Source: an uncultured bacterium
GTDB lineage: Bacteria; Patescibacteriota; Minisyncoccia; Phycocordibacterales; Zambryskibacteraceae
Reading direction: 5' to 3'
DNA: 64,000 bases
Assembly: GCA_963789635.1 (NCBI GenBank)
Contig: CAWBLF010000003.1
Location: 204,364 to 268,363 of the forward strand
Part shown: positions 1-9,610 of the stretch, one piece after another
Layout: each line of letters starts with the position of its first letter
Position numbering within the stretch: the stretch's first letter is position 1
The notes under the pieces: generated by a model
Seen by the model: only the letters and a program-made list of their open reading frames with translations
Databases searched by the model: none
Told to the model about the DNA's origin: nothing
Made by a program: the position numbers and the translations under genes

Positions 1-355
1 GATAGGCATTACCAGACTAATGGGTCTTTTGGTAGAGAAGTTTGCAGACGAAAAGGGAATTGTCTGGCCGGCTTCGGTTGCGCCGTTTGATGTGCATCTG
101 ATTGAAATATCGGGTAAAGATGAGAAAGTAAAAAAGACCGCTCAAAAGATTTATAAAAAATTTGAAGAAAATGGAACGGAAGTGCTTTATGACGACAGGG
201 ATATAAGAGCAGGGGAGAAGTTTGCTGACGCCGATCTCATCGGGATACCAAGACAGATAATCATCTCAGAACGAGGACTTGCCGATGACAGTGTGGAGGT
301 TAAGGATAGGAAATCCGGAAAGGTGACTGTTGTAAAATTGAAAGATTTGAAATAA
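1..355 (+). CDS. proS: prolyl-tRNA synthetase, C-terminal fragment (gene begins upstream of window)
   Basis: Frame open from window edge; tail ...IVWPASVAPFDVHLI...YDDRDIRAGEKFADADLIGIP...VEVKDRKSG looks like the class II anticodon-binding domain of ProRS. Confidence 0.7.
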   Translation, partial: IGITRLMGLLVEKFADEKGIVWPASVAPFDVHLIEISGKDEKVKKTAQKIYKKFEENGTEVLYDDRDIRAGEKFADADLIGIPRQIIISERGLADDSVEVKDRKSGKVTVVKLKDLK

Positions 356-361
356 GTAAAT

Positions 362-1429
362 ATGATAAAAATTCCCCAAATTGAAAAGCTCAGAAGGCTC
401 GTGTCTAATGACATCGGTATCGATCTCGGAACAGCTAACACACTGGTCTATGTCAGAGGCGCCGGAATCGTAATCAACGAGCCATCGGTCGTCGCGGTAA
501 ATCAAAAAACAGGCCGTGTTGTAGCCGTCGGCAGTGAGGCCAAACAAATGCTCGGACGCACCCCGACGCATATTATGGCCATCAAACCGCTTGTTGACGG
601 GGTCATATCCGATTTTGAGGTAACGGAAGAAATGATTACGTATTTGTTGAACAATGCCCAAAAAGAAAACAAAAAAATTTTTGGGCCGAGAGTTGTTGTA
701 GGAGTACCATCGGGTATTACCAATGTGGAGATAAGAGCGGTACGCGATGCCACCCACAACGCCGGCGCCGGACAGGTGCATATTGTGGAAGAACCTATGG
801 CTGCAGCCATAGGTATGCACCTTCCTGTCAGGGAACCCATAGGAACTATGGTTATCGATATTGGCGGTGGGACTTCGGATATTGCCGTCATATCGCTTTC
901 CGGAGTAGTCCGCGCAAAAAATTTGCGCATTGCTGGCGACAAACTAAATCAAGATATTATCGGTTATATCAGAAATGAATTTAAAATTTCGGTGGGCGAA
1001 AAAACCGCCGAAGATATTAAAATTGCCATTTGTTCGGTAATTCCCGGAGATTCCACTCTTGAAGCATCTGTAAAAGGGCGCGATTTGGTGACCGGTCTTC
1101 CTCGAGAAGTTATAATCACTGATGCCGATATTCGCGAAGCAATCTCTTCATCTATAGGGAGTCTCATAGAAAGTACGCGCGAAGTGTTGGAAACTACGCC
1201 ACCGGAAGTGCTCTCAGACATAATGAATAGGGGAATATATTTGGCAGGCGGTGGAGCTCTCATCAGAGGATTGGCGGAACTCATTGCAGACGAATTGAAA
1301 ATTCCAGTGCATGTGGACATTGATCCTCTTTCGGCTGTTGCTCGCGGAACAGGAATTATTTTGGAAAATCTTGATGACTTCTCGGATGTATTGATACAAA
1401 ACGAAGATGAATTACCCACTCAAGCCTAA
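362..1429 (+). CDS. mreB: rod-shape determining actin homologue MreB
   Basis: 355 aa; actin-fold motifs GIDLGTANT, DIGGGTSD, LAGGGALIRGL; followed by mreC/mreD/mrdA. Confidence 0.92.
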   Translation: MIKIPQIEKLRRLVSNDIGIDLGTANTLVYVRGAGIVINEPSVVAVNQKTGRVVAVGSEAKQMLGRTPTHIMAIKPLVDGVISDFEVTEEMITYLLNNAQKENKKIFGPRVVVGVPSGITNVEIRAVRDATHNAGAGQVHIVEEPMAAAIGMHLPVREPIGTMVIDIGGGTSDIAVISLSGVVRAKNLRIAGDKLNQDIIGYIRNEFKISVGEKTAEDIKIAICSVIPGDSTLEASVKGRDLVTGLPREVIITDADIREAISSSIGSLIESTREVLETTPPEVLSDIMNRGIYLAGGGALIRGLAELIADELKIPVHVDIDPLSAVARGTGIILENLDDFSDVLIQNEDELPTQA

Positions 1430-2195
1430 ACGAATAAAGAGTACGTCATTCAATCACGCGCTTACTGTTGTTATAACTTTATTTATTTTTTGTGTGTTAA
1501 TTTATGCGTTTCATCTGACATTCCTTACATCAATGTTTGGTTTGGTCGGAAAACCCTTGTGGTATGAAGAGTCGGTTGTGACCGATTATTTGAGCTCCCA
1601 CATAGGCTTTTTTAAGGGTTCCGCTCTGCTGCTCGAGGAAAATTCTACACTGAAATCTCAAATGGCTGATTATTCGGCTATGAATATAGACAGAACCGTG
1701 CTACGGCAAGAAAATGATGCTCTTAAGAAAGTGGAGACAAACCAAGGCGAGGTAGCTCGAGTCTTGTCCGGTCCGGCAGAGTCATATTATGACGTCATTG
1801 TGCTTGAGCTGGCTCCAAATTCATTGGCGCAGATAGGCGACTATGTGTATGGACCCGATGATGTCATCTTGGGGACGATAATTATGCGCGCTGGCAATCT
1901 TGCCAAAGTAAAACTTTTTTCCAGCCCTGGAGAGACCACGACGGTAAGATTGTCCAGGACCGGTACGACGCTTTATCTTACCGGACGAGGCGGAGGAAAT
2001 TTTTTTGTTGAGGTTCCACGTTCGTTGGATATTGCGGCTGGTGATGCCGTCGTTTTGCCCAATTTTACCACAAGCATTTTGGGTACAGTCGTCTCTGTCC
2101 AACCCGGTCGAGCAGATTCTTATAACAATGTTTATATTTCTGACCCTCTAAACGTCTTTGCGTTGACCTGGGTTAATATCGTCCATGCGCAATAA
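1407..2195 (+). CDS. mreC: rod-shape protein MreC-like
   Basis: Overlaps mreB end by 23 nt; N-terminal TM helix, coiled-coil-like segment, beta-rich C-terminal half; conserved position. Confidence 0.65.
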   Translation: MNYPLKPKRIKSTSFNHALTVVITLFIFCVLIYAFHLTFLTSMFGLVGKPLWYEESVVTDYLSSHIGFFKGSALLLEENSTLKSQMADYSAMNIDRTVLRQENDALKKVETNQGEVARVLSGPAESYYDVIVLELAPNSLAQIGDYVYGPDDVILGTIIMRAGNLAKVKLFSSPGETTTVRLSRTGTTLYLTGRGGGNFFVEVPRSLDIAAGDAVVLPNFTTSILGTVVSVQPGRADSYNNVYISDPLNVFALTWVNIVHAQ

Positions 2196-2457
2196 ACGAA
2201 GAATATTTTTTGATGTGCTTCTATTTATTTCGGTTCTCTTTTTTCCGTGGTGGATTTCTATCGGATTGATTGCCGTGGGTATTTTTATTTTTGATTTATA
2301 CTATGAGTCTCTGGTTGCCGCGTTTATTATGGATGGACTGTACTCACTTTTTGGCGTATCGTTTCTATCTACATTTCCCATGACAGTTGGAGTGAGCGTG
2401 CTCTTTTTGGTATCATTCCTTGTGAAAGAACATTTTTCTTTCAACCATAACCTGTGA
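2185..2457 (+). CDS. mreD: small polytopic membrane protein, MreD-like by position
   Basis: 90 aa, 3 hydrophobic helices, overlaps mreC end and mrdA start. Confidence 0.45.
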   Translation: MRNKRRIFFDVLLFISVLFFPWWISIGLIAVGIFIFDLYYESLVAAFIMDGLYSLFGVSFLSTFPMTVGVSVLFLVSFLVKEHFSFNHNL

Positions 2458-4154
2458 CCCTTAGACAACTTAAAAAATTATTCAAATCATCGGGCGGAAA
2501 TAACGAAATAGATCCCGATGAAATTTTTCTTGATTCTCGCAATCTGCCAAATTTTGACGTGCATCAATTCGAAGGTCGTATAGAAAAGCCGATTTCAAAA
2601 AATGTTTTTCGTGGCTTCGTTGTCGTCTTTTTTATTTTTACTTGTTTATTTTTTGGAAAGCTTTGGATTTTGCAGATAAACATGGGTCAGGCGTATGAAA
2701 TACGAAGCGCAAACAACAGTCTCCGGAACGATACTATTTTTGCCGAACGGGGAATTATTTATGATAGAAATCATGTGCCACTTGCGTGGAATGTATTAAA
2801 TCCCGGTGATGATTTTTCCCGAAGAGTTTACTCGACGACCACCGGTCTGGCCGATCTGATAGGTTCAATAAAATATCCCCAAAAGGATTCGTCCGGAGTC
2901 TATTATAATGAGCAATATCAAGGCGTGGGCGGAGTAGAAGCCTATTTTGATTCAAATCTGGAGGGTCAAAATGGCTTGAAAATTACAGAGACCGACGTTG
3001 CCGGGCATGTCGTGTCTGAGAGCACTATTTCTCCGCCAGCGGACGGCAAAAACCTTACTCTCACCATCGATTCGAGGGTGCAGTCGGAACTTTATGATGT
3101 CATCGCTAAAATTTCCCAAGACCACGACTATACCGGTGGATCCGGAATCATTATGGACGTTCATACTGGAGAAATTTTGGCGATGACCAGTTATCCGGAA
3201 TATGATTCAAACATAATGAGTGATGGCACTGATACCGCCGCCATAAATAAATTTCTAACCAACAAAGACAATCCTTTTATAAATCGTGCAATCTCCGGTC
3301 TTTACATACCAGGTTCTATTATCAAACCATTTATTGCTATGGGAGTGCTTGAAGAAGGTATTATCAGTCCCACGAAAAAACTTTTGAGTACGGGAGCAAT
3401 CAGCATTCAAGATCCGTATGATCCATCAAAAAGAAGTTATTTTCGAGACTGGGAAGCTCATGGTTGGATAGACTTGAGGCAAGCTATTTCGCAATCAAGT
3501 GATGAATATTTTTACATGGTCGGCGGTGGTTATGGTGATCAAAAAGGTCTTGGTATAGACAATATAGACAAATACGTCAACCTTTTTGGCATCGGAGGAA
3601 GGACCGGTATCAATCTTTTTGGAGAAGCGGTGGGCAATATCCCAAGTCCGGAATGGAAAAAAGTAACATTCAACGGCGAACCGTGGTATTTGGGCGATAC
3701 CTATCACAGTTCTATCGGTCAATACGGATTTCAAGTTACACCCATTGAGATGGTGCGGGCAATAGCGTCATTTGCAAATGGTGGAAAATTGGTTACGCCC
3801 AGTATTACTTTTGTTGATCCGGCAAATGCCACAACTACCGTGCAGTTGCCATTTTCTCCAGAAAATTATCAAATTATTCGAGAGGGAATGCGGCTATCGG
3901 CCACTGTGGGCGTGGCATCGGGACTCAATATGCCCAATCTCGCTGTCGCTGCAAAATCGGGAACTGCTGAGCTTGGAGTCAGAAAAATTTATGTCAACTC
4001 TCTTATAGAAGGATATTTTCCTTACGATAATCCTCGCTACGCTTTTATCATCATTTTGGAGCACGGGCCAAAGGGTAACACCGTCAACGCTACTTATGCC
4101 ATGAGGCAAGTCCTTGATTGGATGACGTTAAACACGCCGGAGTATACGAAATAG
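2454..4154 (+). CDS. mrdA: penicillin-binding protein 2 (elongation transpeptidase)
   Basis: GTG start overlapping upstream stop; N-terminal TM; transpeptidase motifs PGSIIKP (SxxK) and KSGTAE (KTG-like); follows mreBCD. Confidence 0.85.
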   Translation: MTLRQLKKLFKSSGGNNEIDPDEIFLDSRNLPNFDVHQFEGRIEKPISKNVFRGFVVVFFIFTCLFFGKLWILQINMGQAYEIRSANNSLRNDTIFAERGIIYDRNHVPLAWNVLNPGDDFSRRVYSTTTGLADLIGSIKYPQKDSSGVYYNEQYQGVGGVEAYFDSNLEGQNGLKITETDVAGHVVSESTISPPADGKNLTLTIDSRVQSELYDVIAKISQDHDYTGGSGIIMDVHTGEILAMTSYPEYDSNIMSDGTDTAAINKFLTNKDNPFINRAISGLYIPGSIIKPFIAMGVLEEGIISPTKKLLSTGAISIQDPYDPSKRSYFRDWEAHGWIDLRQAISQSSDEYFYMVGGGYGDQKGLGIDNIDKYVNLFGIGGRTGINLFGEAVGNIPSPEWKKVTFNGEPWYLGDTYHSSIGQYGFQVTPIEMVRAIASFANGGKLVTPSITFVDPANATTTVQLPFSPENYQIIREGMRLSATVGVASGLNMPNLAVAAKSGTAELGVRKIYVNSLIEGYFPYDNPRYAFIIILEHGPKGNTVNATYAMRQVLDWMTLNTPEYTK

Positions 4155-4168
4155 AAGTGTGAATTAGG

Positions 4169-4242
4169 AATAATGAATAACGAATAAATTTGTATTCAAA
4201 ATACTCAATATATTAGCTATATTTTATTCGCTATTCATTATT
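4169..4242 (+). terminator. long AT-rich inverted repeat after mrdA (possible terminator)
   Basis: aataatgaataacgaataaa (4169-4188) pairs with tttattcgctattcattatt (4223-4242), 19/20 complementary. Confidence 0.35.
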
Positions 4243-4315
4243 AGATATTCTATATTTCTTATATTTTTTACCCCCTTGCTTTTTATTTGATTATCTATAG
4301 AATGACTCGAAATAT

Positions 4316-4774
4316 ATGTCAGAACACGAGTATTTAACCCAATCAAAGTTTGATGAGTTCAAAAAGGAACTTGAATATTTGAAGACAACGCGTCGCAAAG
4401 AAGTGGCGGAGAATCTTGAATATGCAAAAGCACTTGGAGATCTTTCGGAGAACGCCGAATATCACGAGGCGCGGGATATGCAAGCGGCAACCGAAGACCG
4501 TATTGCTCATCTGGAAAGAATACTTAAATCAGCGACAATTGTTTCTTCTTATAAAACAGATTTTGTGACGATTGGTTCTTCTGTAACCATTAAAAAAGAT
4601 AAAATGGAGCAGACCTTTACTATTGTCGGCTCCGAGGAAGCTGACATGACCCACGGCAAAATTTCGGTGAAATCGCCACTAGGCTCCTCTATTCTTGGTA
4701 AGAAGAAAGGTGACTCATTCTCTTTCAAAACCCCGTCTGGTATGATGGAGTATGTAGTAGTAAAAATTCAATAG
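4316..4774 (+). CDS. greA: transcription elongation factor GreA
   Basis: 152 aa; N-terminal coiled coil with LSENAEYHEARD acidic-tip motif, C-terminal FKBP-like domain. Confidence 0.9.
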   Translation: MSEHEYLTQSKFDEFKKELEYLKTTRRKEVAENLEYAKALGDLSENAEYHEARDMQAATEDRIAHLERILKSATIVSSYKTDFVTIGSSVTIKKDKMEQTFTIVGSEEADMTHGKISVKSPLGSSILGKKKGDSFSFKTPSGMMEYVVVKIQ

Positions 4775-4831
4775 CTTTTAGCCTTCTATAAGCTATAAGC
4801 CCTTACCTATAATCTGCAAGCTTGCATACTT

Positions 4832-6307
4832 ATGGCCTCAATAGACGATATCAGGAATACGAGGATCGAAAAGATCAAAAAACTGCGAGACGCGGGAATA
4901 GACCCTTATCCCGTCAGTTCAAATCAAGAATTTGAAATTTCTTTTACGGTAAAAAATTTTTCAAAGCTGGCAAAATCAAAAAATAAAAAATATACATTGG
5001 TTGGCAGAGTGATGTCTCTACGGCCACAAGGCGCGATTATTTTCTTTAATTTTTATGACGGCACGGATAAATTTCAAGCTCTTCTCAAGAAGGGCGAAAA
5101 AATTGCCGATAAAAGTTTCGATTTGTTTGCCGACACTGTAGACGTAGGTGATTTTGTGGAAGTTTCCGGGACGTTGTTTCTTACGAAAAGAAAAGAAAAA
5201 ACTATCCAAGTAAATAGTTGGAAAATGCTTAGCAAGTCTTTGCGACCGCTTCCAGAAAAGTGGCATGGTCTGACGGACATTGAAGAGCGTTTCAGAAAAA
5301 GATATCTCGATACCCTGATGAACTCAGAGGTTAAAGAGAGATTTGTCATCCGTACCAGAGTGGTGTCGGAAATCAGGCGTATTTTGGATCAATCGGGATA
5401 TATTGAAGTTGAAACCCCAGTGTTTCAGCCGTTGTATGGAGGCGCTTCGGCAGAACCTTTTAAGACCCATCACAAGGCGCTTGATACACCATTTTTCCTT
5501 AGAATATCCGATGAACTTTATTTGAAACGTCTGTTGGCCGGCGGTTTTCCCAAGGTGTATGAGATAGCCAGAGATTTTAGAAATGAAGGGATAGACGCCA
5601 CTCATAATCCAGAATTTACAATGCTTGAATTCTATGAGAGTTATAGCGACGCGGGAAAGCAGATGGCTTTTGTAGAAAAAATGTTTAAGACTTTGGTAAA
5701 AAATATTTTTGATACTACCAATATAGTCTGGGGTGATGAGACAATAGATATGAAAAAGAAATTTACTGTTATTAAATTTTATGACCTCTTAAAAAAATAC
5801 GCTCTTTTGCCGAACATTGAGACAATGAGCAGGAGCGATGTGGCGATTTCCGCCGAGCGACTGGGAGTCAAAGTCGACACATCTGACTCATTGGACAAAA
5901 TTTTGGATAACATATACAAAAAGACCTGCAGACCGAAGCTCGTTCAGCCGACATTTATAATCGATTACCCTCCAAATTATTTGCCTTTGGCGAAAAAGAA
6001 AGAAGGTCAAGAAACGGTGGTGGACGCGTTTCAGCTAGTGATTGGGGGCACGGAAATAGCAAAAGCATTTTCGGAGCTGAATGACCCATTGGACCAACGC
6101 GCCAGATTTGAAAATCAAGAAAAGAAAAAAAGTGAAGGAGATGCGGAAGCTCAACCTATCGATGAAGATTTTATAGAATCTATGGAATACGGCATTCCGC
6201 CGGCTGGGGGAGTAGGTATCGGGATTGACCGTCTGGTGATGCTTTTGACCAATGTCAAAAATATTAAAGAGGTAATTCTGTTTCCAACTCTTAAACCAAA
6301 AAATTAA
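4832..6307 (+). CDS. lysS: lysyl-tRNA synthetase, class II
   Basis: 491 aa; OB-fold N-domain, class II motifs (FRNEG..HNPEFTMLE, GIPPAGGVGIGIDRLVM). Confidence 0.95.
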   Translation: MASIDDIRNTRIEKIKKLRDAGIDPYPVSSNQEFEISFTVKNFSKLAKSKNKKYTLVGRVMSLRPQGAIIFFNFYDGTDKFQALLKKGEKIADKSFDLFADTVDVGDFVEVSGTLFLTKRKEKTIQVNSWKMLSKSLRPLPEKWHGLTDIEERFRKRYLDTLMNSEVKERFVIRTRVVSEIRRILDQSGYIEVETPVFQPLYGGASAEPFKTHHKALDTPFFLRISDELYLKRLLAGGFPKVYEIARDFRNEGIDATHNPEFTMLEFYESYSDAGKQMAFVEKMFKTLVKNIFDTTNIVWGDETIDMKKKFTVIKFYDLLKKYALLPNIETMSRSDVAISAERLGVKVDTSDSLDKILDNIYKKTCRPKLVQPTFIIDYPPNYLPLAKKKEGQETVVDAFQLVIGGTEIAKAFSELNDPLDQRARFENQEKKKSEGDAEAQPIDEDFIESMEYGIPPAGGVGIGIDRLVMLLTNVKNIKEVILFPTLKPKN

Positions 6308-7018
6308 ATGGAAGGTCTTGCGGAAAAAAATGAAGGGAACCCAGAAAAAGATAAATTTTCCAAACTATTGAGTATAGTTAAAGCGATTGAAGAAATTAGC
6401 AATCAGGATAATATTTCTCCAGAAGAATTCGAAAAGCAATCAAAAGATTTGGTGGAACAATTGCTATCACACCTTGATTCTGATTTGCACATGGAATTAT
6501 CAAGCGATGTCACGGCAATTTACTCCGAGATGTCGAACGAAAATCTTTTGGCGCGGGTTGAAAAAATCGTGAATGTGGTCAAATGTCTTGCTGAGGGCTC
6601 ACCGATTATCGTCGGGAAAAACGACCATCATCATGCGAACTCGGTTACGGCCGATCCTATAGGTCTTAGGATTGCCATGGCAGAGGCTGATGCGATAGGA
6701 CCTCTGCGTCTTCTGGTGGGCCTTGATGTCAAGTCACTTGTCGGCTTTAAACACGATCACGTGTCGGTGACTGAGATTGATCACGATGAATTCGACGTAA
6801 GAGATACTATGCTACGTGAAGCACTTTGCAGGCATATTAAAGGTGAGATTCATCGTGAAGATATAAGATATGTAATAATCAGAATTCCAAGGCATCTTTT
6901 TCCTAAAGAGATGCTCCTCAAAGATGAAACCGAGACGCGAAGTCAATTTATTTTTCGTGGGGCAAAGATTCCTAATGTAGCTTTTGAAATAGAAGAAGAA
7001 AGAAAAGAAGCGGCCTAG
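6308..7018 (+). CDS. hypothetical protein
   Basis: 236-aa ORF starting at the nucleotide after the lysS stop; no motif recognised. Confidence 0.5.
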   Translation: MEGLAEKNEGNPEKDKFSKLLSIVKAIEEISNQDNISPEEFEKQSKDLVEQLLSHLDSDLHMELSSDVTAIYSEMSNENLLARVEKIVNVVKCLAEGSPIIVGKNDHHHANSVTADPIGLRIAMAEADAIGPLRLLVGLDVKSLVGFKHDHVSVTEIDHDEFDVRDTMLREALCRHIKGEIHREDIRYVIIRIPRHLFPKEMLLKDETETRSQFIFRGAKIPNVAFEIEEERKEAA

Positions 7019-7082
7019 CTTTACAAAATTGGTTTAATATAGTAGACTATTTCCAGTAAATAGTACCCAAACAAGAGGGCTT

Positions 7083-7433
7083 ATGGCTAAGATTCTCGTC
7101 CTTGACGATGATGCTTGCGTGGGAGACAGGTTGTCGAAAATCCTCACAAGCACATCCAACGAGGTGTCTGTTTGCCGATCGGTTTCCGATGCGGAAACCG
7201 CAGAAGCGAATACCCCTACCGGTCATTTTGACCTCTATATATGCGGCCCTGTAGGTAAGTATTCTGACGGTCTCATATTTGCTCTTGATAGAGCGCAGAA
7301 GGGCCGAAAGGTAGTCATTGTGGCAAACAGAAGGAAGTTTTCCCGTTTGCCATTCCTAAACAAAGGGGAACTACAAAGCAAAGACGGCAGAGTTTCAAGT
7401 CTGATCAGCCATATTTTGACGGGAGGGCAATGA
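7083..7433 (+). CDS. CheY-like pseudo-receiver domain protein
   Basis: 116 aa; KILVLDDD acidic pocket start, but the canonical phospho-acceptor Asp position (FDLYICG) is not conserved; followed by a strong terminator. Confidence 0.45.
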   Translation: MAKILVLDDDACVGDRLSKILTSTSNEVSVCRSVSDAETAEANTPTGHFDLYICGPVGKYSDGLIFALDRAQKGRKVVIVANRRKFSRLPFLNKGELQSKDGRVSSLISHILTGGQ

Positions 7434-7453
7434 ACAGCCCTCCCGTTTTTTTT
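7421..7453 (+). terminator. rho-independent terminator
   Basis: gggagggc / gccctccc 8-bp GC stem followed by T8 run. Confidence 0.75.
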
Positions 7454-7552
7454 GGAAAAAAATTATCAAATTAATGGCACCGGACTTCTCACCGATGCCA
7501 TTTTTGAGTGTATTTCAGATGCGTATATGGTGTACTACAGTTCACTAAAAAG

Positions 7553-7619
7553 GTGGATAAAAAGATACAGATAGTGGGACAAAGTGTTTTATACTTTATG
7601 GTAAGTGGGAAGAAGTGGG
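7553..7619 (+). promoter_or_regulatory. phased GTGG(G/A) direct repeats, candidate MraZ operator
   Basis: GTGGA 7553, GTGGG 7574, GTGT 7584, GTGGG 7605, GTGGG 7615; spacing 10 or 21 nt; about 170 nt upstream of mraZ. Confidence 0.45.
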
Positions 7620-7789
7620 AAATCTTTTTATCTTTACAAAAAAGATTTCAGACCAAACAAAGAGCATTTTTGTATGGCCGATGATTTGGAAGAGTTGGTT
7701 CCAAATTGTCACGACACGGCCAAGCAGAAAAAATCACTCACAGTTTGATAAATATTTTCTAACCCGCTTACGCCTGTAAAAATCAGCAA

Positions 7790-8224
7790 ATGTTTATTGG
7801 AGAATACACACACACCGTCGATGAGAAAAAGAGAATCTCTTTGCCGGGAAGATTCAAGAAAGACTTGGGAAAAAAGGTTGTTGTAACCCGGGGTCTTGAT
7901 TCGTGCCTTCTTCTTTATCCATTGAAGTCTTGGGAAAGCATAGCTTCAAAACTTGGAAGTTTGCCAATGGGACAAAAGGACAAGCGAGATATCGGCAGAT
8001 TTATGCTCTCGGGCGCGCAGGAAGTGGAGGTTGACAGTATCGGCCGAATACTTGTTCCGGAATTTTTGCGAAATTATGCCGGTCTAAAAGGCAAAGTAAT
8101 TTTTGCAGGAATCTTTGACCGTATTGAAATATGGAATGACAAGAAATGGGCCGAATATAGTGCTCGTATTGAGAAACAAGCCGATACGGTGGCGGAGAAG
8201 CTTGGAGATATGGGGGTCTTTTAA
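7790..8224 (+). CDS. mraZ: transcriptional regulator MraZ
   Basis: 144 aa; two SpoVT/AbrB-like halves (VDEKKRISLP and VDSIGRILVP); heads the dcw cluster. Confidence 0.95.
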   Translation: MFIGEYTHTVDEKKRISLPGRFKKDLGKKVVVTRGLDSCLLLYPLKSWESIASKLGSLPMGQKDKRDIGRFMLSGAQEVEVDSIGRILVPEFLRNYAGLKGKVIFAGIFDRIEIWNDKKWAEYSARIEKQADTVAEKLGDMGVF

Positions 8225-8232
8225 TCCAAGCG

Positions 8233-9132
8233 TTGATCGTTATGAAGCATGTACCAGTTCTTTTACATGAAGCGGTAGAGGGTCTCAAAGTTCACAATGG
8301 TGGTGTCTATGTAGATGGAACCGTTGGTAACGGAGGCCACAGTGAGGCAATACTTTCGGCAAACGATTCGGTCAGAGTAATAGCCTTTGATCTCGACGCA
8401 GACGCTCTACACCGTAGCCGTGAACGTTTGGTCCACTTCGGGGAGCGCATCACTTTTGTCAATGATTCATTTCGAAACATAAAGAAGGTGATAAATGCTA
8501 TGGGAATCGAAAGTGTGGATGGAATAATTTTTGATTTCGGATTGTCCTCAAATCAGATTGAGGAGTCCGGTAGGGGATTCAGCTTCCAAAATGATGAACC
8601 ACTACTCATGACCTTCGGTAAAGAAGTTAGCGAACATACTCTTACCGCCAAAGACGTAGTCAACACATGGAGTGAAGAATCTTTGCGGACAATTATCAAA
8701 GGTTTCGGCGAAGAGAGATACGCCGGTCGCATAGCCAGAGTGATTACCGAGAGACGAGAAATCAAACCGTTTGAAACTACAGGAGAGCTCGTCGACGCCA
8801 TAGAGTTCGCTGTGCCAGCCCTCTATCGCAAAGGACGCATTCATCCGGCCACTAGGACATTCCAAGCGATAAGAATCGCCGTCAACGACGAGCTTAGAGC
8901 TATCGAAGAAGGTTTGGCCAGTGGCTATCAGATACTCAATTCTACCGGAAGAATGGTAGCCATCTCTTTCCACAGTTTGGAGGACAGAATTGTAAAAAGA
9001 TATTTTAGGTTATTGCATTCAGACGGATTGGCAATGCTTATTACCAAGAAGCCGATAGTCCCGACCTTAACCGAAATTAAAGATAATCCCCGTTCAAGAA
9101 GCGCAAAATTGAGAATTTTGGAAAAAATATAA
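8233..9132 (+). CDS. rsmH: 16S rRNA m4C1402 methyltransferase RsmH
   Basis: HVPVLL..., GGHSE, FDFGLSSNQ, SFHSLEDR motifs; true start may be the ATG at 8242. Confidence 0.95.
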   Translation: MIVMKHVPVLLHEAVEGLKVHNGGVYVDGTVGNGGHSEAILSANDSVRVIAFDLDADALHRSRERLVHFGERITFVNDSFRNIKKVINAMGIESVDGIIFDFGLSSNQIEESGRGFSFQNDEPLLMTFGKEVSEHTLTAKDVVNTWSEESLRTIIKGFGEERYAGRIARVITERREIKPFETTGELVDAIEFAVPALYRKGRIHPATRTFQAIRIAVNDELRAIEEGLASGYQILNSTGRMVAISFHSLEDRIVKRYFRLLHSDGLAMLITKKPIVPTLTEIKDNPRSRSAKLRILEKI

Positions 9133-9225
9133 CACAAAAACAATTTTTTAAAAAAGTCAGTAAAGTCGAAATTTTTATCATCAATATCAAATCGAAAAGG
9201 ATTGAAATAAGCAATATTAAATAGA

Positions 9226-9543
9226 ATGAACACCAAAACTATAAACCTCCCTCAATATAAGCATCTTTTTTATATACTTTGCGCTATTTCGATAGCATCC
9301 CTTTTTGTATACATATATTGCATCAATATGACTGTGCGCAATGTGGTGGTGCGTTCGTCCATAGAAAAGCAACTGACCAAGGTGACCTCCGCAAACAGTG
9401 AAAAAGAATTTGAATATATAGCCGAAAAAAATACGATAGATATGAGCAAGGCGCTATCTATGGGTTTTAAACCCACCAATCAAGAAATTTTTGTTTCTCG
9501 TCAACCATCGGTTGCTTTTGTCGATGTGAATGTCAGTCAATAG
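9226..9543 (+). CDS. ftsL: FtsL-like single-pass membrane protein
   Basis: 105 aa, one TM helix, sits between rsmH and ftsI; call is positional. Confidence 0.5.
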   Translation: MNTKTINLPQYKHLFYILCAISIASLFVYIYCINMTVRNVVVRSSIEKQLTKVTSANSEKEFEYIAEKNTIDMSKALSMGFKPTNQEIFVSRQPSVAFVDVNVSQ

Positions 9544-9610
9544 GATAAATTTGGGTATTTAACAATCAAAATCGACGATAAACTTATAGAAGTGTTATAG
9601 TAGTTTAAAT

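Noticed and set aside
266-942. Minus-strand track ORFs (266-820, 502-942, 964-1419) opposite mreB
   Set aside because: They lie fully antisense to a very well-supported MreB reading frame, carry no motifs and have odd composition. They are typical shadow ORFs.
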